DNA of 64,000 nt from contig OZ243972.1 of assembly GCA_965214705.1 (NCBI GenBank), forward strand, positions 3,488,001-3,552,000, written 5' to 3'. Positions 1 through 9,807 of the stretch are shown in pieces. The notes under the pieces were generated by a model. It saw only the letters and a program-made list of their open reading frames with translations. It did no database searches and was not told the DNA's origin. Position numbers and translations under genes: made by a program. Positions within the stretch are counted from its first letter, which is position 1; each line of letters opens with the position of its first letter. The stretch comes from Alphaproteobacteria bacterium. Its GTDB lineage: Bacteria > Pseudomonadota > Alphaproteobacteria > UBA828.

Positions 1-757
1 CGACTTCCCTTCGCGCGTGATCTTGTTTACGCCCGCCATCCGCGAAGCGTTGCCGAGCGACGGAATCCCCAACTCTCCGGCCATGGCGACGATGGCCTTG
101 CGCCGCTTCGACCAGAACGCTTTGAGGTCGTCCGGCATGCCGACGATGCGGGTGAACCCGTTGGCGGGGCCGTACTGCTCCATCCGCACCCCGAGGCCCT
201 GCTGAAGCTCCCAGGCCAGGTTGGCGCGGAACAGCGCTCCGGCCGCCTTCTTCCAGCTGTAGACGGGGTACTGGTGATGCGCCCGCCACTTGCCGTCCTC
301 GTGCGTGCGCGCGACGTTGAAGATCGTGCAGTGGACGTGAAGCTGGGGGTCGTTCTCCCGGCTGGTGCCATGGACGAAGGTGGCGGCCATCAGGTCGGCC
401 GCGACCGGGCGCGTCACGCCCTTCTCTGCAAGCCGCGTGTAGCTGCAATACTTGAGCACGCTGTCTTCGAGCACCTCCCTGGCGGCAGCCGTCGCCATCG
501 CCTCGATCTTCAGGCGCATCTCGGGTTCGGCGATGGCCCAGAGCGCAGACACGCTCTTGTCCACCGAGAACGTCATGTCGATGCCGGGCGAGCGCTCCGG
601 GTTGCCGGCCCGCTGCACCAGGCCGCCCGACCCGTCAGGCTCGTAGCCGTTGTAGAGCCGCTGGAACTGGCCGGCGTCGACCTTGACGCCGTCTTCCAGC
701 CCGAACAGGCCCCTGGGGTTGAACCAGGTGCCGTCGGGCTCCTCGCCCGCCGTATAG
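1..757 (-). pseudogene. MOBF/TrwC-type relaxase, part downstream of the insertion (runs off window start)
   Basis: Minus-strand frame reads YTAGEEPDGTWFNP...PGIDMTFSVDKSVS...HGTSRENDPQLHVH, matching the MOBF D-x-T-F-S-x-x-K-S-V-S motif and HUH motif. Joins 3424-3503 in frame when 758-3423 is removed. Confidence 0.9.
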
Positions 758-761
758 GGTT

Positions 762-803
762 AAGGGTTGGGCAGGCTCTCTCTCGAGAGCCTGCCCAACC
801 CTT
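762..803. repeat. Terminal hairpin of type A element (19-bp stem, 4-nt loop)
   Basis: AAGGGTTGGGCAGGCTCTC-TCTC-GAGAGCCTGCCCAACCCTT. Confidence 0.95.
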
Positions 804-1065
804 TTGAACGAAGCCGCGGGCCACGAGAGGCGAAGTTGAGCTATGTGGAAAGTGCGCTGATGTCAGCGTCAGGCGGCATCCACCGGCAGCAGAGTTGCGC
901 ATAAAATCGACGCTCGCGCCGGTCTTTCGGCAGGCATGCGGGCGCACGCTGCGAGGACTGAGCGGGGTGTGAGCCGAGGGCTGTCAGCCCGGCTCAAGCG
1001 GAGACAGGTTCGGTCGTGCGTCGGCGCTTTGGCGCCGTTGCGCGGGGCCGAAGCGAGCGGGCGTC

Positions 1066-2307
1066 TCACGGTTTCCCCCTGTGGGTCGGCGGCAGCGCCG
1101 GCGGGCCGCGCGTCGAGCGGGGCTCATGGCGGCGGCGGATTTCGCGGACGAGGCGCATGACGCCGCCGCAGTGGGGGCAGGCCACGGGCGCGGTGCCGAT
1201 CTCGGGCTCTTCGTCGGGCTCGGCCCGAGCGCCGTCCACGCTTCCCTCGGGGGCGGCGCAGCCGAGGGCGCCGAGAGCCTGGCGTGCTCTCTCCAGCGTG
1301 CTGGCGCGGCAGCCGTTGGCGAGGATGCCGAAGTAGCGAATGCGGTGCATGCCGTCCGGCAGGACGTGCCTCAGGAAGCGGCGGATGAACTCGTCGGCGC
1401 TCACGGTGGCGATGCCGTAGCGCGGCTTTCTCTGCCCCGGCGCCTTGGGCTTTCGGTGGCGGAAGGAGACCGTCTCGCCGTCGAAGGAGACGATGCGGCT
1501 GTCGGAGATGGCGATCCTGTGCGTGTAGTGCGAGAGGTACCGGAAGACCTGCTCAGGCCCGCGGAAGGGCCGCTTGGCGTAGACCACCCAGTCCCTGGCC
1601 CGGGCGGCGGCAAGCGTGGCGTGGAACTCGCCGGGATTGGCGAGGTGGGCGACGGTGCCGTGGAACTCCAGGTCCCCCCGGCCGTGGGCGCGGGCGAGCT
1701 CCTCGAGGAAGAGGCGGCGGAACAGGCTGCCGAGGACCTTGACGGGGGCGAGGAAGGTGGTGCTCCCCGTCTTCCACTCGCCACTGTCTACGTCGAAGCC
1801 CGCGTTGGGCACGACCACGTGCAGGTGCGGGTGGAAGCGGAGCTTCTGATCCCAGGTATGGAGGACCGCGGTGCCGCCGATGCGCATGCCGCCGTGGCGG
1901 GGATCGGCGGCGATGGTGCGCAGGGTCTCGGCGACGGCCCGGAAGAGGATGTCGAACACCACCCTGCGGTTGCAGAAGGCAATGGCGGCAACCTCCTTGG
2001 GCAGGGTGAAGACCACATGGAAGTAGGGCACCGGCAGGATGTCCCCGGCGCGCTCCTCGCTCCAGAGGTTGGCGGCGAGACCCTGGCAGGTGGGGCAGTG
2101 GCGGTTGCGGCAGGAGTTGAAGAGCGGATGCTCGCGCCCGCAGCCCTCGCAGGCGTACATGTGGCCGCCGAGCACGGCGGTGCGGCACGCCTCGATGGCG
2201 CCCATGACCTTGAGCCGGGCGGCGTCGATGCGCCCTTTGTGGCGCTCACGGAAAGCGGCGCCGGCGCGGCGGAAGATCTCCGCCACGCCCGCGCGTTCGG
2301 CCTCCAC
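1066..2307 (-). CDS. IS91-family (Y2/HUH) transposase
   Basis: Zn-binding CEGC...SCRNRHCPTC, HUH motif HTWDQKLRFHPHLH, YLSHY catalytic tyrosines. Confidence 0.93.
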   Translation of the reverse strand: MEAERAGVAEIFRRAGAAFRERHKGRIDAARLKVMGAIEACRTAVLGGHMYACEGCGREHPLFNSCRNRHCPTCQGLAANLWSEERAGDILPVPYFHVVFTLPKEVAAIAFCNRRVVFDILFRAVAETLRTIAADPRHGGMRIGGTAVLHTWDQKLRFHPHLHVVVPNAGFDVDSGEWKTGSTTFLAPVKVLGSLFRRLFLEELARAHGRGDLEFHGTVAHLANPGEFHATLAAARARDWVVYAKRPFRGPEQVFRYLSHYTHRIAISDSRIVSFDGETVSFRHRKPKAPGQRKPRYGIATVSADEFIRRFLRHVLPDGMHRIRYFGILANGCRASTLERARQALGALGCAAPEGSVDGARAEPDEEPEIGTAPVACPHCGGVMRLVREIRRRHEPRSTRGPPALPPTHRGKP

Positions 2308-2313
2308 GCGCCG

Positions 2314-3192
2314 TCAGTTGCGCAACGCTGCGAAGCCTGAGATCGGGTGGTCGAGGCCCTCGAACATCTTGCCGGTGACGCGGGCGTAGTGACGGGTCGT
2401 GTTCGCGCTTCGATGGCCGAGCATGTCCCGGATCACCTCGATATCGCCGCCGCGCTCGAGGAGATGGGTCGCCGCCGAATGGCGCAGGCAATGGAAGGTG
2501 TAGCTGCGGTCGAGCTCGGCAATGTCGCGCGCCCTCCTGAAGGCGGCCTGCAAGGTCTCCGTTGCGATGGGCCTGTCGAGCGAGACGCCGTAGAAGAGCC
2601 AGCTCGTCGGACGCGGCCAGATGTTCCTGTAGTAGACGCGCAAGTAGTGGATGACGATGTCCGGCAACGGTGCCATTCTCTCGGTGCCGCCTTTGCCGGA
2701 GGGGATGTGCAGCAGCTTCTTCTCCGACAGGATGTCGCCGACCTTGATGGCCAAGGTCTCGGAGATGCGGAGCCCGCCGCCATAGCCGGTGACAATGGCA
2801 GCACGGTGGCGGAGGTCGGGTGTCGCAAGGATGAGGTGCTCGACCTCCTGCTCCGACATGTAGCGCGGCAGCTTGCCGGGCTTCTTGCGGGAGCGCAGGC
2901 CGGCGACATGGTCAGGCCAGCCGAGTGTGTCGATGTAGAGGAAGTTCAGCGCGGCGAAGGAGACGTTGGTCGTGCCCGGACTGAGCCCCTTGTCGATCCG
3001 CCCCAGGTACCACTGGCGCACCTGCTCGGCGTCGAGCTCGTCCGGCGAGGCGTCGTAGTACCTGGCCAGGTTCTTGATCTCGCAGATGTAGGCCTTGGAC
3101 GTGCTCGCGGCCAGATTGGCGATGCGGAGCTGCTCCTCCATGCGCTGGCGAAGAGGGGTGACGGTGTTCGTGTCGCACGCGGTCCCGGTCAT
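2314..3192 (-). CDS. Tyrosine recombinase/integrase of IS91-like element
   Basis: GLRISE, HCLRHSAATH, LGH...TTRHY motifs; start MTGTACD chosen after GGGAG. Confidence 0.92.
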   Translation of the reverse strand: MTGTACDTNTVTPLRQRMEEQLRIANLAASTSKAYICEIKNLARYYDASPDELDAEQVRQWYLGRIDKGLSPGTTNVSFAALNFLYIDTLGWPDHVAGLRSRKKPGKLPRYMSEQEVEHLILATPDLRHRAAIVTGYGGGLRISETLAIKVGDILSEKKLLHIPSGKGGTERMAPLPDIVIHYLRVYYRNIWPRPTSWLFYGVSLDRPIATETLQAAFRRARDIAELDRSYTFHCLRHSAATHLLERGGDIEVIRDMLGHRSANTTRHYARVTGKMFEGLDHPISGFAALRN

Positions 3193-3423
3193 TATCGATC
3201 TCCCTGGATCGCGACGGCGCGCCGCCGGACCGATCCGGCGACGGTCCGTCGCAGGGGTCGATGCTAACCACTGGTGATCGGGAGGCTGCTGGGGATCCGC
3301 CACCCGACGGGCGGAGCGCCACTGACGCAACCGGGAAGCGAACGCACAGAACAAACGGCACCCGCGACGCCTCGGAAATGAATGAACTCTACGCCGCTAA
3401 CTCCGCGTAGCGGCTTCGTTCAA

Positions 3424-3503
3424 TACTCGTTGGGATGCCGGAACGAGCGCTGGCTCTCCAGGTAGTACTCGGCGGACGCCATCTGGCCGATGCTGGCTAC
3501 CAT
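3424..3503 (-). pseudogene. MOBF relaxase N-terminus (MVASIGQMASAEYYLESQRSFRHPNEY)
   Basis: Contains the catalytic-tyrosine region (EYY...NEYY after rejoining). Confidence 0.85.
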
Positions 3504-3910
3504 GACGGGCCCGGTTCGGCGGCGGCTGGAGGAGCGGTTACGGGCATGAATGCGTCGTTCCGTGTCCCGGTCGGCGGCCGCCTCGCACGATCCGCCCGTA
3601 ACGGCTTGACCATACGGGACTTTGCACTTTCTGAGCGAGCTGTGCTGTCCATCGACTCCCGACTCTATTCTCTTGGAATGGATCCCGCAAGCGTAAGCTT
3701 GCACAGGTGTGCAACGGCTTTTTCTACGCTCTGTGGTTTCGGCAGGGGAAACTCTGTGCAAGGCAGAGGTTCCAAGGCAGGGACGGGGAGAGATCGCATC
3801 GAGTGGGGCCCCATCGCAGGGGCCGAACGGACCGTCCGTTGACACCATGGGACGGTCGGGCGATCATGCGACACACCAGATGTAGTGGTCGGAGAAGGTA
3901 AGGAGACACA
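3504..3910. promoter_or_regulatory. Probable oriT/divergent promoter region
   Basis: Non-coding gap between the divergent relaxase and the small DNA-binding gene; inverted repeat TTGCACAGGTGTGCAA near 3699-3714. nic site not identified. Confidence 0.45.
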
Positions 3911-4216
3911 ATGGCGGCAAGACGCTTCAACGAGACGGATATCGACTTCGATGCCATAGACGGCGACCTGGCGAAGCTGGCGCCGCCGAAGCTGAGCCTG
4001 AAGGACGTCCTGGACCGTCTGCGAGACCGCATGGTCGAGCAACGGGCCAAGGGCGTCACGGTGGCGCAGATGCACGAAGTGCTGAAAGCACGAGGCATCG
4101 AGATCGGCGAGCGAAGCCTGAAGGCGTTCCTCGACAAGGGCGAACTACCGGGACGCAAGACAGCGAAGGCTGTGGCGAATGCCGCTGGTTCGGAAGAAGG
4201 CGGCGATCCGTTCTGA
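3911..4216 (+). CDS. Small mobilisation accessory (MobC/StbA-like) DNA-binding protein
   Basis: AAGGAG RBS, 101 aa, divergent from relaxase, HTH-like segment GVTVAQMHEVLKARGIEI. Confidence 0.55.
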   Translation: MAARRFNETDIDFDAIDGDLAKLAPPKLSLKDVLDRLRDRMVEQRAKGVTVAQMHEVLKARGIEIGERSLKAFLDKGELPGRKTAKAVANAAGSEEGGDPF

Positions 4217-5685
4217 GCGCCATGGCGCGAAGCGCCGGGCGCGACAGGGCGATATCGCTCGAAGGACGATGAGCCGTGGGCGATATTGGGAGAGGGATCG
4301 ACGTCGATGGCGCGCAAGCGCCGAGCCTGTTGCGAGGCCGTTCGGAAAGCTGCCGGCGATCGGAGCGGAGCATTTGAGCAACGGCGGCGGGAAGGCCGAA
4401 ACGTGCCGCCTCGTTCTGCAAGCGAAGCGCGCAGCGACCGAAGGTAGCGAAGGCGCCAGGGATCGTCACCCGAAGGGGTGCGCCGTTGTGGCGCGGAGAA
4501 GAAAGGAGTGTTCGAGAGAATGGAGCCTGCTGGTACGGCTCCTACTCACCCGGCTTACCGGTGTCGGAAACGACTGAAATCCCGAAAGGGGAACGGGACC
4601 AGAGCATGCCGGGAAACGGCTCGAAACCGGGCGCCGCAGCTCGGTGGAGAGCATAGAGTAAGGTGTGCATGGTGAAAGCTGTATTGCCTCAATCCCAGTT
4701 TCCAGTTGCCAAAGGGTGGGCGGTAGCGAACGCGGCTGACACGCTATCCCGCGCGAGATGGAGAGCATTGCCTTGTGCGATCCATCACCAGTTCGCGCGG
4801 AACGACCTCCGTCGGAGGATCGAGGAAACGAAGGGGCACCTAAACACACCGCAACTCCTCACACGCGTAACTACGGGATCGCCTGCAGCAGGTCCGCACG
4901 CATGCGGACCTGTATGGCGACAGAGCCGTCATAGTGTGTGCTGGGCAGCGCCCAGATCAGGTGGGTTCAAGTCCCACTGGCGCTCGGGTAAGGGGCGCCA
5001 TATCCAAAAGTGGGGGTAATTCCTCACTGGCCGGAGTGAGCCGATAAGCGAAACTCTAAACGGGCACGAAGCCGGAAACGGCGGAGACAGCCAAGGGAGG
5101 AGCTAAGTTGGTCCACTGTCGAAAGACAACCGGAAGGCAGGGTGTCCACCGCGAGGTGGAATCTGAAGGGCTTGCGGAGAAGTACCGGGCCGTAATCGAG
5201 GGGGCCACCCCATGATGAATCGGTCGGCCAAAGACGGGGCAAGGTCGAGCCGGCACTATGGCGGCGAAGGCGTTCTTACCCACCCGTCGCACCAAGGTGT
5301 TTGCGAGCGGCACGGTACGGAAGATCTGGACGTGACCCCAGGAGGGCTCGCCGCGTTCCCGGGTGGCACCGGGATAAGGTTAAGGGTTGGGCAGGCTCTC
5401 TCTCGAGAGCCTGCCCAACCCTTTTGAACGAAGCCGCGGGCCACGAGAGGCGAAGTTGAGCTATGTGGAAAGTGCGCTGATGTCAGCGTCAGGCGGCATC
5501 CACCGGCAGCAGAGTTGCGCATAAAATCGACGCTCGCGCCGGTCTTTCGGCAGGCATGCGGGCGCACGCTGCGAGGACTGAGCGGGGTGTGAGCCGAGGG
5601 CTGTCAGCCCGGCTCAAGCGGAGACAGGTTCGGTCGTGCGTCGGCGCTTTGGCGCCGTTGCGCGGGGCCGAAGCGAGCGGGCGTC

Positions 5686-6927
5686 TCACGGTTTCCCCCT
5701 GTGGGTCGGCGGCAGCGCCGGCGGGCCGCGCGTCGAGCGGGGCTCATGGCGGCGGCGGATTTCGCGGACGAGGCGCATGACGCCGCCGCAGTGGGGGCAG
5801 GCCACGGGCGCGGTGCCGATCTCGGGCTCTTCGTCGGGCTCGGCCCGAGCGCCGTCCACGCTTCCCTCGGGGGCGGCGCAGCCGAGGGCGCCGAGAGCCT
5901 GGCGTGCTCTCTCCAGCGTGCTGGCGCGGCAGCCGTTGGCGAGGATGCCGAAGTAGCGAATGCGGTGCATGCCGTCCGGCAGGACGTGCCTCAGGAAGCG
6001 GCGGATGAACTCGTCGGCGCTCACGGTGGCGATGCCGTAGCGCGGCTTTCTCTGCCCCGGCGCCTTGGGCTTTCGGTGGCGGAAGGAGACCGTCTCGCCG
6101 TCGAAGGAGACGATGCGGCTGTCGGAGATGGCGATCCTGTGCGTGTAGTGCGAGAGGTACCGGAAGACCTGCTCAGGCCCGCGGAAGGGCCGCTTGGCGT
6201 AGACCACCCAGTCCCTGGCCCGGGCGGCGGCAAGCGTGGCGTGGAACTCGCCGGGATTGGCGAGGTGGGCGACGGTGCCGTGGAACTCCAGGTCCCCCCG
6301 GCCGTGGGCGCGGGCGAGCTCCTCGAGGAAGAGGCGGCGGAACAGGCTGCCGAGGACCTTGACGGGGGCGAGGAAGGTGGTGCTCCCCGTCTTCCACTCG
6401 CCACTGTCTACGTCGAAGCCCGCGTTGGGCACGACCACGTGCAGGTGCGGGTGGAAGCGGAGCTTCTGATCCCAGGTATGGAGGACCGCGGTGCCGCCGA
6501 TGCGCATGCCGCCGTGGCGGGGATCGGCGGCGATGGTGCGCAGGGTCTCGGCGACGGCCCGGAAGAGGATGTCGAACACCACCCTGCGGTTGCAGAAGGC
6601 AATGGCGGCAACCTCCTTGGGCAGGGTGAAGACCACATGGAAGTAGGGCACCGGCAGGATGTCCCCGGCGCGCTCCTCGCTCCAGAGGTTGGCGGCGAGA
6701 CCCTGGCAGGTGGGGCAGTGGCGGTTGCGGCAGGAGTTGAAGAGCGGATGCTCGCGCCCGCAGCCCTCGCAGGCGTACATGTGGCCGCCGAGCACGGCGG
6801 TGCGGCACGCCTCGATGGCGCCCATGACCTTGAGCCGGGCGGCGTCGATGCGCCCTTTGTGGCGCTCACGGAAAGCGGCGCCGGCGCGGCGGAAGATCTC
6901 CGCCACGCCCGCGCGTTCGGCCTCCAC
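5686..6927 (-). CDS. IS91-family transposase
   Basis: Identical protein to 1066-2307. Confidence 0.93.
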   Translation of the reverse strand: MEAERAGVAEIFRRAGAAFRERHKGRIDAARLKVMGAIEACRTAVLGGHMYACEGCGREHPLFNSCRNRHCPTCQGLAANLWSEERAGDILPVPYFHVVFTLPKEVAAIAFCNRRVVFDILFRAVAETLRTIAADPRHGGMRIGGTAVLHTWDQKLRFHPHLHVVVPNAGFDVDSGEWKTGSTTFLAPVKVLGSLFRRLFLEELARAHGRGDLEFHGTVAHLANPGEFHATLAAARARDWVVYAKRPFRGPEQVFRYLSHYTHRIAISDSRIVSFDGETVSFRHRKPKAPGQRKPRYGIATVSADEFIRRFLRHVLPDGMHRIRYFGILANGCRASTLERARQALGALGCAAPEGSVDGARAEPDEEPEIGTAPVACPHCGGVMRLVREIRRRHEPRSTRGPPALPPTHRGKP

Positions 6928-6933
6928 GCGCCG

Positions 6934-7812
6934 TCAGTTGCGCAACGCTGCGAAGCCTGAGATCGGGTGGTCGAGGCCCTCGAACATCTTGCCGGTGACG
7001 CGGGCGTAGTGACGGGTCGTGTTCGCGCTTCGATGGCCGAGCATGTCCCGGATCACCTCGATATCGCCGCCGCGCTCGAGGAGATGGGTCGCCGCCGAAT
7101 GGCGCAGGCAATGGAAGGTGTAGCTGCGGTCGAGCTCGGCAATGTCGCGCGCCCTCCTGAAGGCGGCCTGCAAGGTCTCCGTTGCGATGGGCCTGTCGAG
7201 CGAGACGCCGTAGAAGAGCCAGCTCGTCGGACGCGGCCAGATGTTCCTGTAGTAGACGCGCAAGTAGTGGATGACGATGTCCGGCAACGGTGCCATTCTC
7301 TCGGTGCCGCCTTTGCCGGAGGGGATGTGCAGCAGCTTCTTCTCCGACAGGATGTCGCCGACCTTGATGGCCAAGGTCTCGGAGATGCGGAGCCCGCCGC
7401 CATAGCCGGTGACAATGGCAGCACGGTGGCGGAGGTCGGGTGTCGCAAGGATGAGGTGCTCGACCTCCTGCTCCGACATGTAGCGCGGCAGCTTGCCGGG
7501 CTTCTTGCGGGAGCGCAGGCCGGCGACATGGTCAGGCCAGCCGAGTGTGTCGATGTAGAGGAAGTTCAGCGCGGCGAAGGAGACGTTGGTCGTGCCCGGA
7601 CTGAGCCCCTTGTCGATCCGCCCCAGGTACCACTGGCGCACCTGCTCGGCGTCGAGCTCGTCCGGCGAGGCGTCGTAGTACCTGGCCAGGTTCTTGATCT
7701 CGCAGATGTAGGCCTTGGACGTGCTCGCGGCCAGATTGGCGATGCGGAGCTGCTCCTCCATGCGCTGGCGAAGAGGGGTGACGGTGTTCGTGTCGCACGC
7801 GGTCCCGGTCAT
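6934..7812 (-). CDS. Tyrosine recombinase of IS91-like element
   Basis: Identical to 2314-3192. Confidence 0.92.
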   Translation of the reverse strand: MTGTACDTNTVTPLRQRMEEQLRIANLAASTSKAYICEIKNLARYYDASPDELDAEQVRQWYLGRIDKGLSPGTTNVSFAALNFLYIDTLGWPDHVAGLRSRKKPGKLPRYMSEQEVEHLILATPDLRHRAAIVTGYGGGLRISETLAIKVGDILSEKKLLHIPSGKGGTERMAPLPDIVIHYLRVYYRNIWPRPTSWLFYGVSLDRPIATETLQAAFRRARDIAELDRSYTFHCLRHSAATHLLERGGDIEVIRDMLGHRSANTTRHYARVTGKMFEGLDHPISGFAALRN

Positions 7813-8220
7813 TATCGATCTCCCTGGATCGCGACGGCGCGCCGCCGGACCGATCCGGCGACGGTCCGTCGCAGGGGTCGATACTAACCACTGGTGATCG
7901 GGAGGCTGCTGGGGATCCGCCACCCGACGGGCGGAGCGCCACTGACGCAACCGGGAAGCGAACGCACAGAACAAACGGCACCCGCGACGCCTCGGAAATG
8001 AATGAACTCTACGCCGCTAACTCCGCGTAGCGGCTTCGTTCAACGGACCCTATAAGCCGAAAGGCGAAATGGGAAAGGATGCGCGGCGAGCAATCGGATA
8101 ACCGAATAGTACCTGAAGCCCGGCGAAAGCCGGGTGACCGCGCGAGCGGCGGCCGTGTGGGCCGGGGAAGGCGGTTGGCAGAGGTGGTCGGCGAGAGACA
8201 GCGATGAGTGAGTAAGGACC

Positions 8221-9531
8221 ATGACGCGGACAAGTTCCTTGAGCGAAAGACCCGGACATCATGGCCCGAGGAGACTCATCGACTGGATCAACCCGGCGGG
8301 TGACAGGAAGGTCCACTCACTGGTGGACAAGGTGTACAAGCGGAAGAACCTTGAGGTGGCCTGGGAAAAGGTGAAGCGCAACCGGGGTGCCGGTGGCGTG
8401 GACGGAGAGGATTTAGCGGCGTTCGAGGCATCGCTGGATGCAAATCTCGATCGCCTGCACCGGGAGTTGCGGGACGGTGAGTATCACCCGCAGCCGGTTC
8501 TCCAATGCCTGATCCCCAAGGCGGGCCAGCCGGGGAAGTTCCGCCCGCTCGGCATCCCGACAATCTACGACCGGGTGTGCCAGCAGGCGCTGCTGAACCG
8601 GCTGGAACCGATCTTCGAGCCGGTGTTCGACGATGCCAACTACGGGTACCGGCAAGGAAGGTCTGCCCATGGAGCGTTACGCAAGATATGGAGGGAACTG
8701 GACGAGGGCAACGAGTGGGTTCTCGATGCGGATTTGAAAGACTTTTTCGGGTCCGTGGACCACGAAAAGCTCCTCGAACTCGTCAACCAGCGAGTCTCGG
8801 ATGGCCGGGTATTAGGTCTGCTCAGGCAGATGCTCACGGCCGGGGTGGTGGCCGACGGTAAGAGGCTGCCGACCGAACAGGGCACTCCGCAGGGCGGCAT
8901 CGTTTCACCGCTGCTCAGCAATATCTTGCTGACCCCGTTCGATTGGGAAATGCGTCGTCGCGGCTATCGACTAACGCGATACGCCGATGATTGGCTGATC
9001 ACGTGCCGCACACGCGGGGAAGCCCGCGCAGCACTGGAGACGGCCAGGCGGATTCTGGCAAAGCTGGGTGTGTCCCTCAACGCCGGGAAGACCCGCATTG
9101 TCCATGTCAGGCACGGGTTTGAGTTCCTCGGCTACAAGATCAAGCAGGGCGAGCGGCCTCTCCGGCTGTCGTCCTCCAAGATCAAGAGCGGGGTTCGCGG
9201 GGGAGCGCGCTACGCGGTTCCGCGTGAGAAATCCATCCGGCACTTCAAGGACCAGATTCGCCAGCGTACCCGGCGCAAGGCTCCTGTCAGCACGCAGGAG
9301 CTGATTGACGAGATCAACCCGATCATTCGGGGATGGGGCCAATACTATTGCAAGGCCCACGTCCGCGGGCTCTTCCACCAGCTTGACGGCTGGATCGTGC
9401 GGCGGCTCTGGTCGCATCGTCGCAAGCGCTGGCGCAACGCTGGCTGGAAACAGTTGCCGGAGCGCAAGCTGATCGACGAATACGGGCTTGTTCGCCTGAT
9501 CTCACTGGTTCCGTCCTTGAACCTTCGTTGA
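8221..9531 (+). CDS. ltrA: Group II intron reverse transcriptase/maturase (no endonuclease domain)
   Basis: RPLGIPT, GTPQGG, RYADD, maturase X region GWGQYY. Confidence 0.95.
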   Translation: MTRTSSLSERPGHHGPRRLIDWINPAGDRKVHSLVDKVYKRKNLEVAWEKVKRNRGAGGVDGEDLAAFEASLDANLDRLHRELRDGEYHPQPVLQCLIPKAGQPGKFRPLGIPTIYDRVCQQALLNRLEPIFEPVFDDANYGYRQGRSAHGALRKIWRELDEGNEWVLDADLKDFFGSVDHEKLLELVNQRVSDGRVLGLLRQMLTAGVVADGKRLPTEQGTPQGGIVSPLLSNILLTPFDWEMRRRGYRLTRYADDWLITCRTRGEARAALETARRILAKLGVSLNAGKTRIVHVRHGFEFLGYKIKQGERPLRLSSSKIKSGVRGGARYAVPREKSIRHFKDQIRQRTRRKAPVSTQELIDEINPIIRGWGQYYCKAHVRGLFHQLDGWIVRRLWSHRRKRWRNAGWKQLPERKLIDEYGLVRLISLVPSLNLR

Positions 9532-9807
9532 GACACCTTTGTGAAAGCGGCTTACGGGAAAACCGTACGGGCCGTTTGAGCGGCGGACGGAGGCTAGCCT
9601 CGCGGGGCGCCTCCTCCGACCCGACACCCAAATGCCCGGCGTAATGGCCGGGACAGCCGCCGGGGACGTCGGCCCCAGGCGGACGACCATGCGTATAAGG
9701 CCGGGCGACCGGACCGAAAGCGCCTCTGGTCGGGGGAAGGACGATGCCGCCAATAACGGCATTTGCAGTATGTGTAGAAGAGATTCTTCGACGGAAAGGC
9801 GCTGCTG

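Larger units (their letters stand above)
758..3423 (-). mobile_element. IS91-like element with tyrosine recombinase, type A copy 1 (2666 bp)
   Basis: Nearly identical to 5378-8043 and, inverted, to 26775-31090. Ends are GGTTAAGGG... and ...GCGGCTTCGTTCAA. No target duplication; removal restores the relaxase. Confidence 0.93.
5378..8043 (-). mobile_element. IS91-like/tyrosine recombinase element, type A copy 2 (inside inner intron RNA)
   Basis: Same 2666-bp sequence and ends as copy 1 (one substitution noticed). Confidence 0.93.
4936..9625 (+). mobile_element. Group II intron, inner (endonuclease-less)
   Basis: 5' GTGTG at 4936; domain V AAGCGGCTTACGGGAAAACCGTACGGGCCGTTT; 3' end CCGACCCGAC at 9625; removal gives ...GTCATAGT|ACCCAAATG... 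in the outer intron RNA. Confidence 0.83.

Noticed and set aside
1081-3267. Long plus-strand ORFs opposite the transposase and recombinase (also other antisense ORFs such as 13471-15138, 40491-42524, 56693-60058)
   Set aside because: Shadow ORFs typical of high-GC coding DNA; no motifs
758-8043. Copies 1 and 2 as an assembly duplication
   Set aside because: They have different flanks that each rejoin sensibly and differ by at least one base
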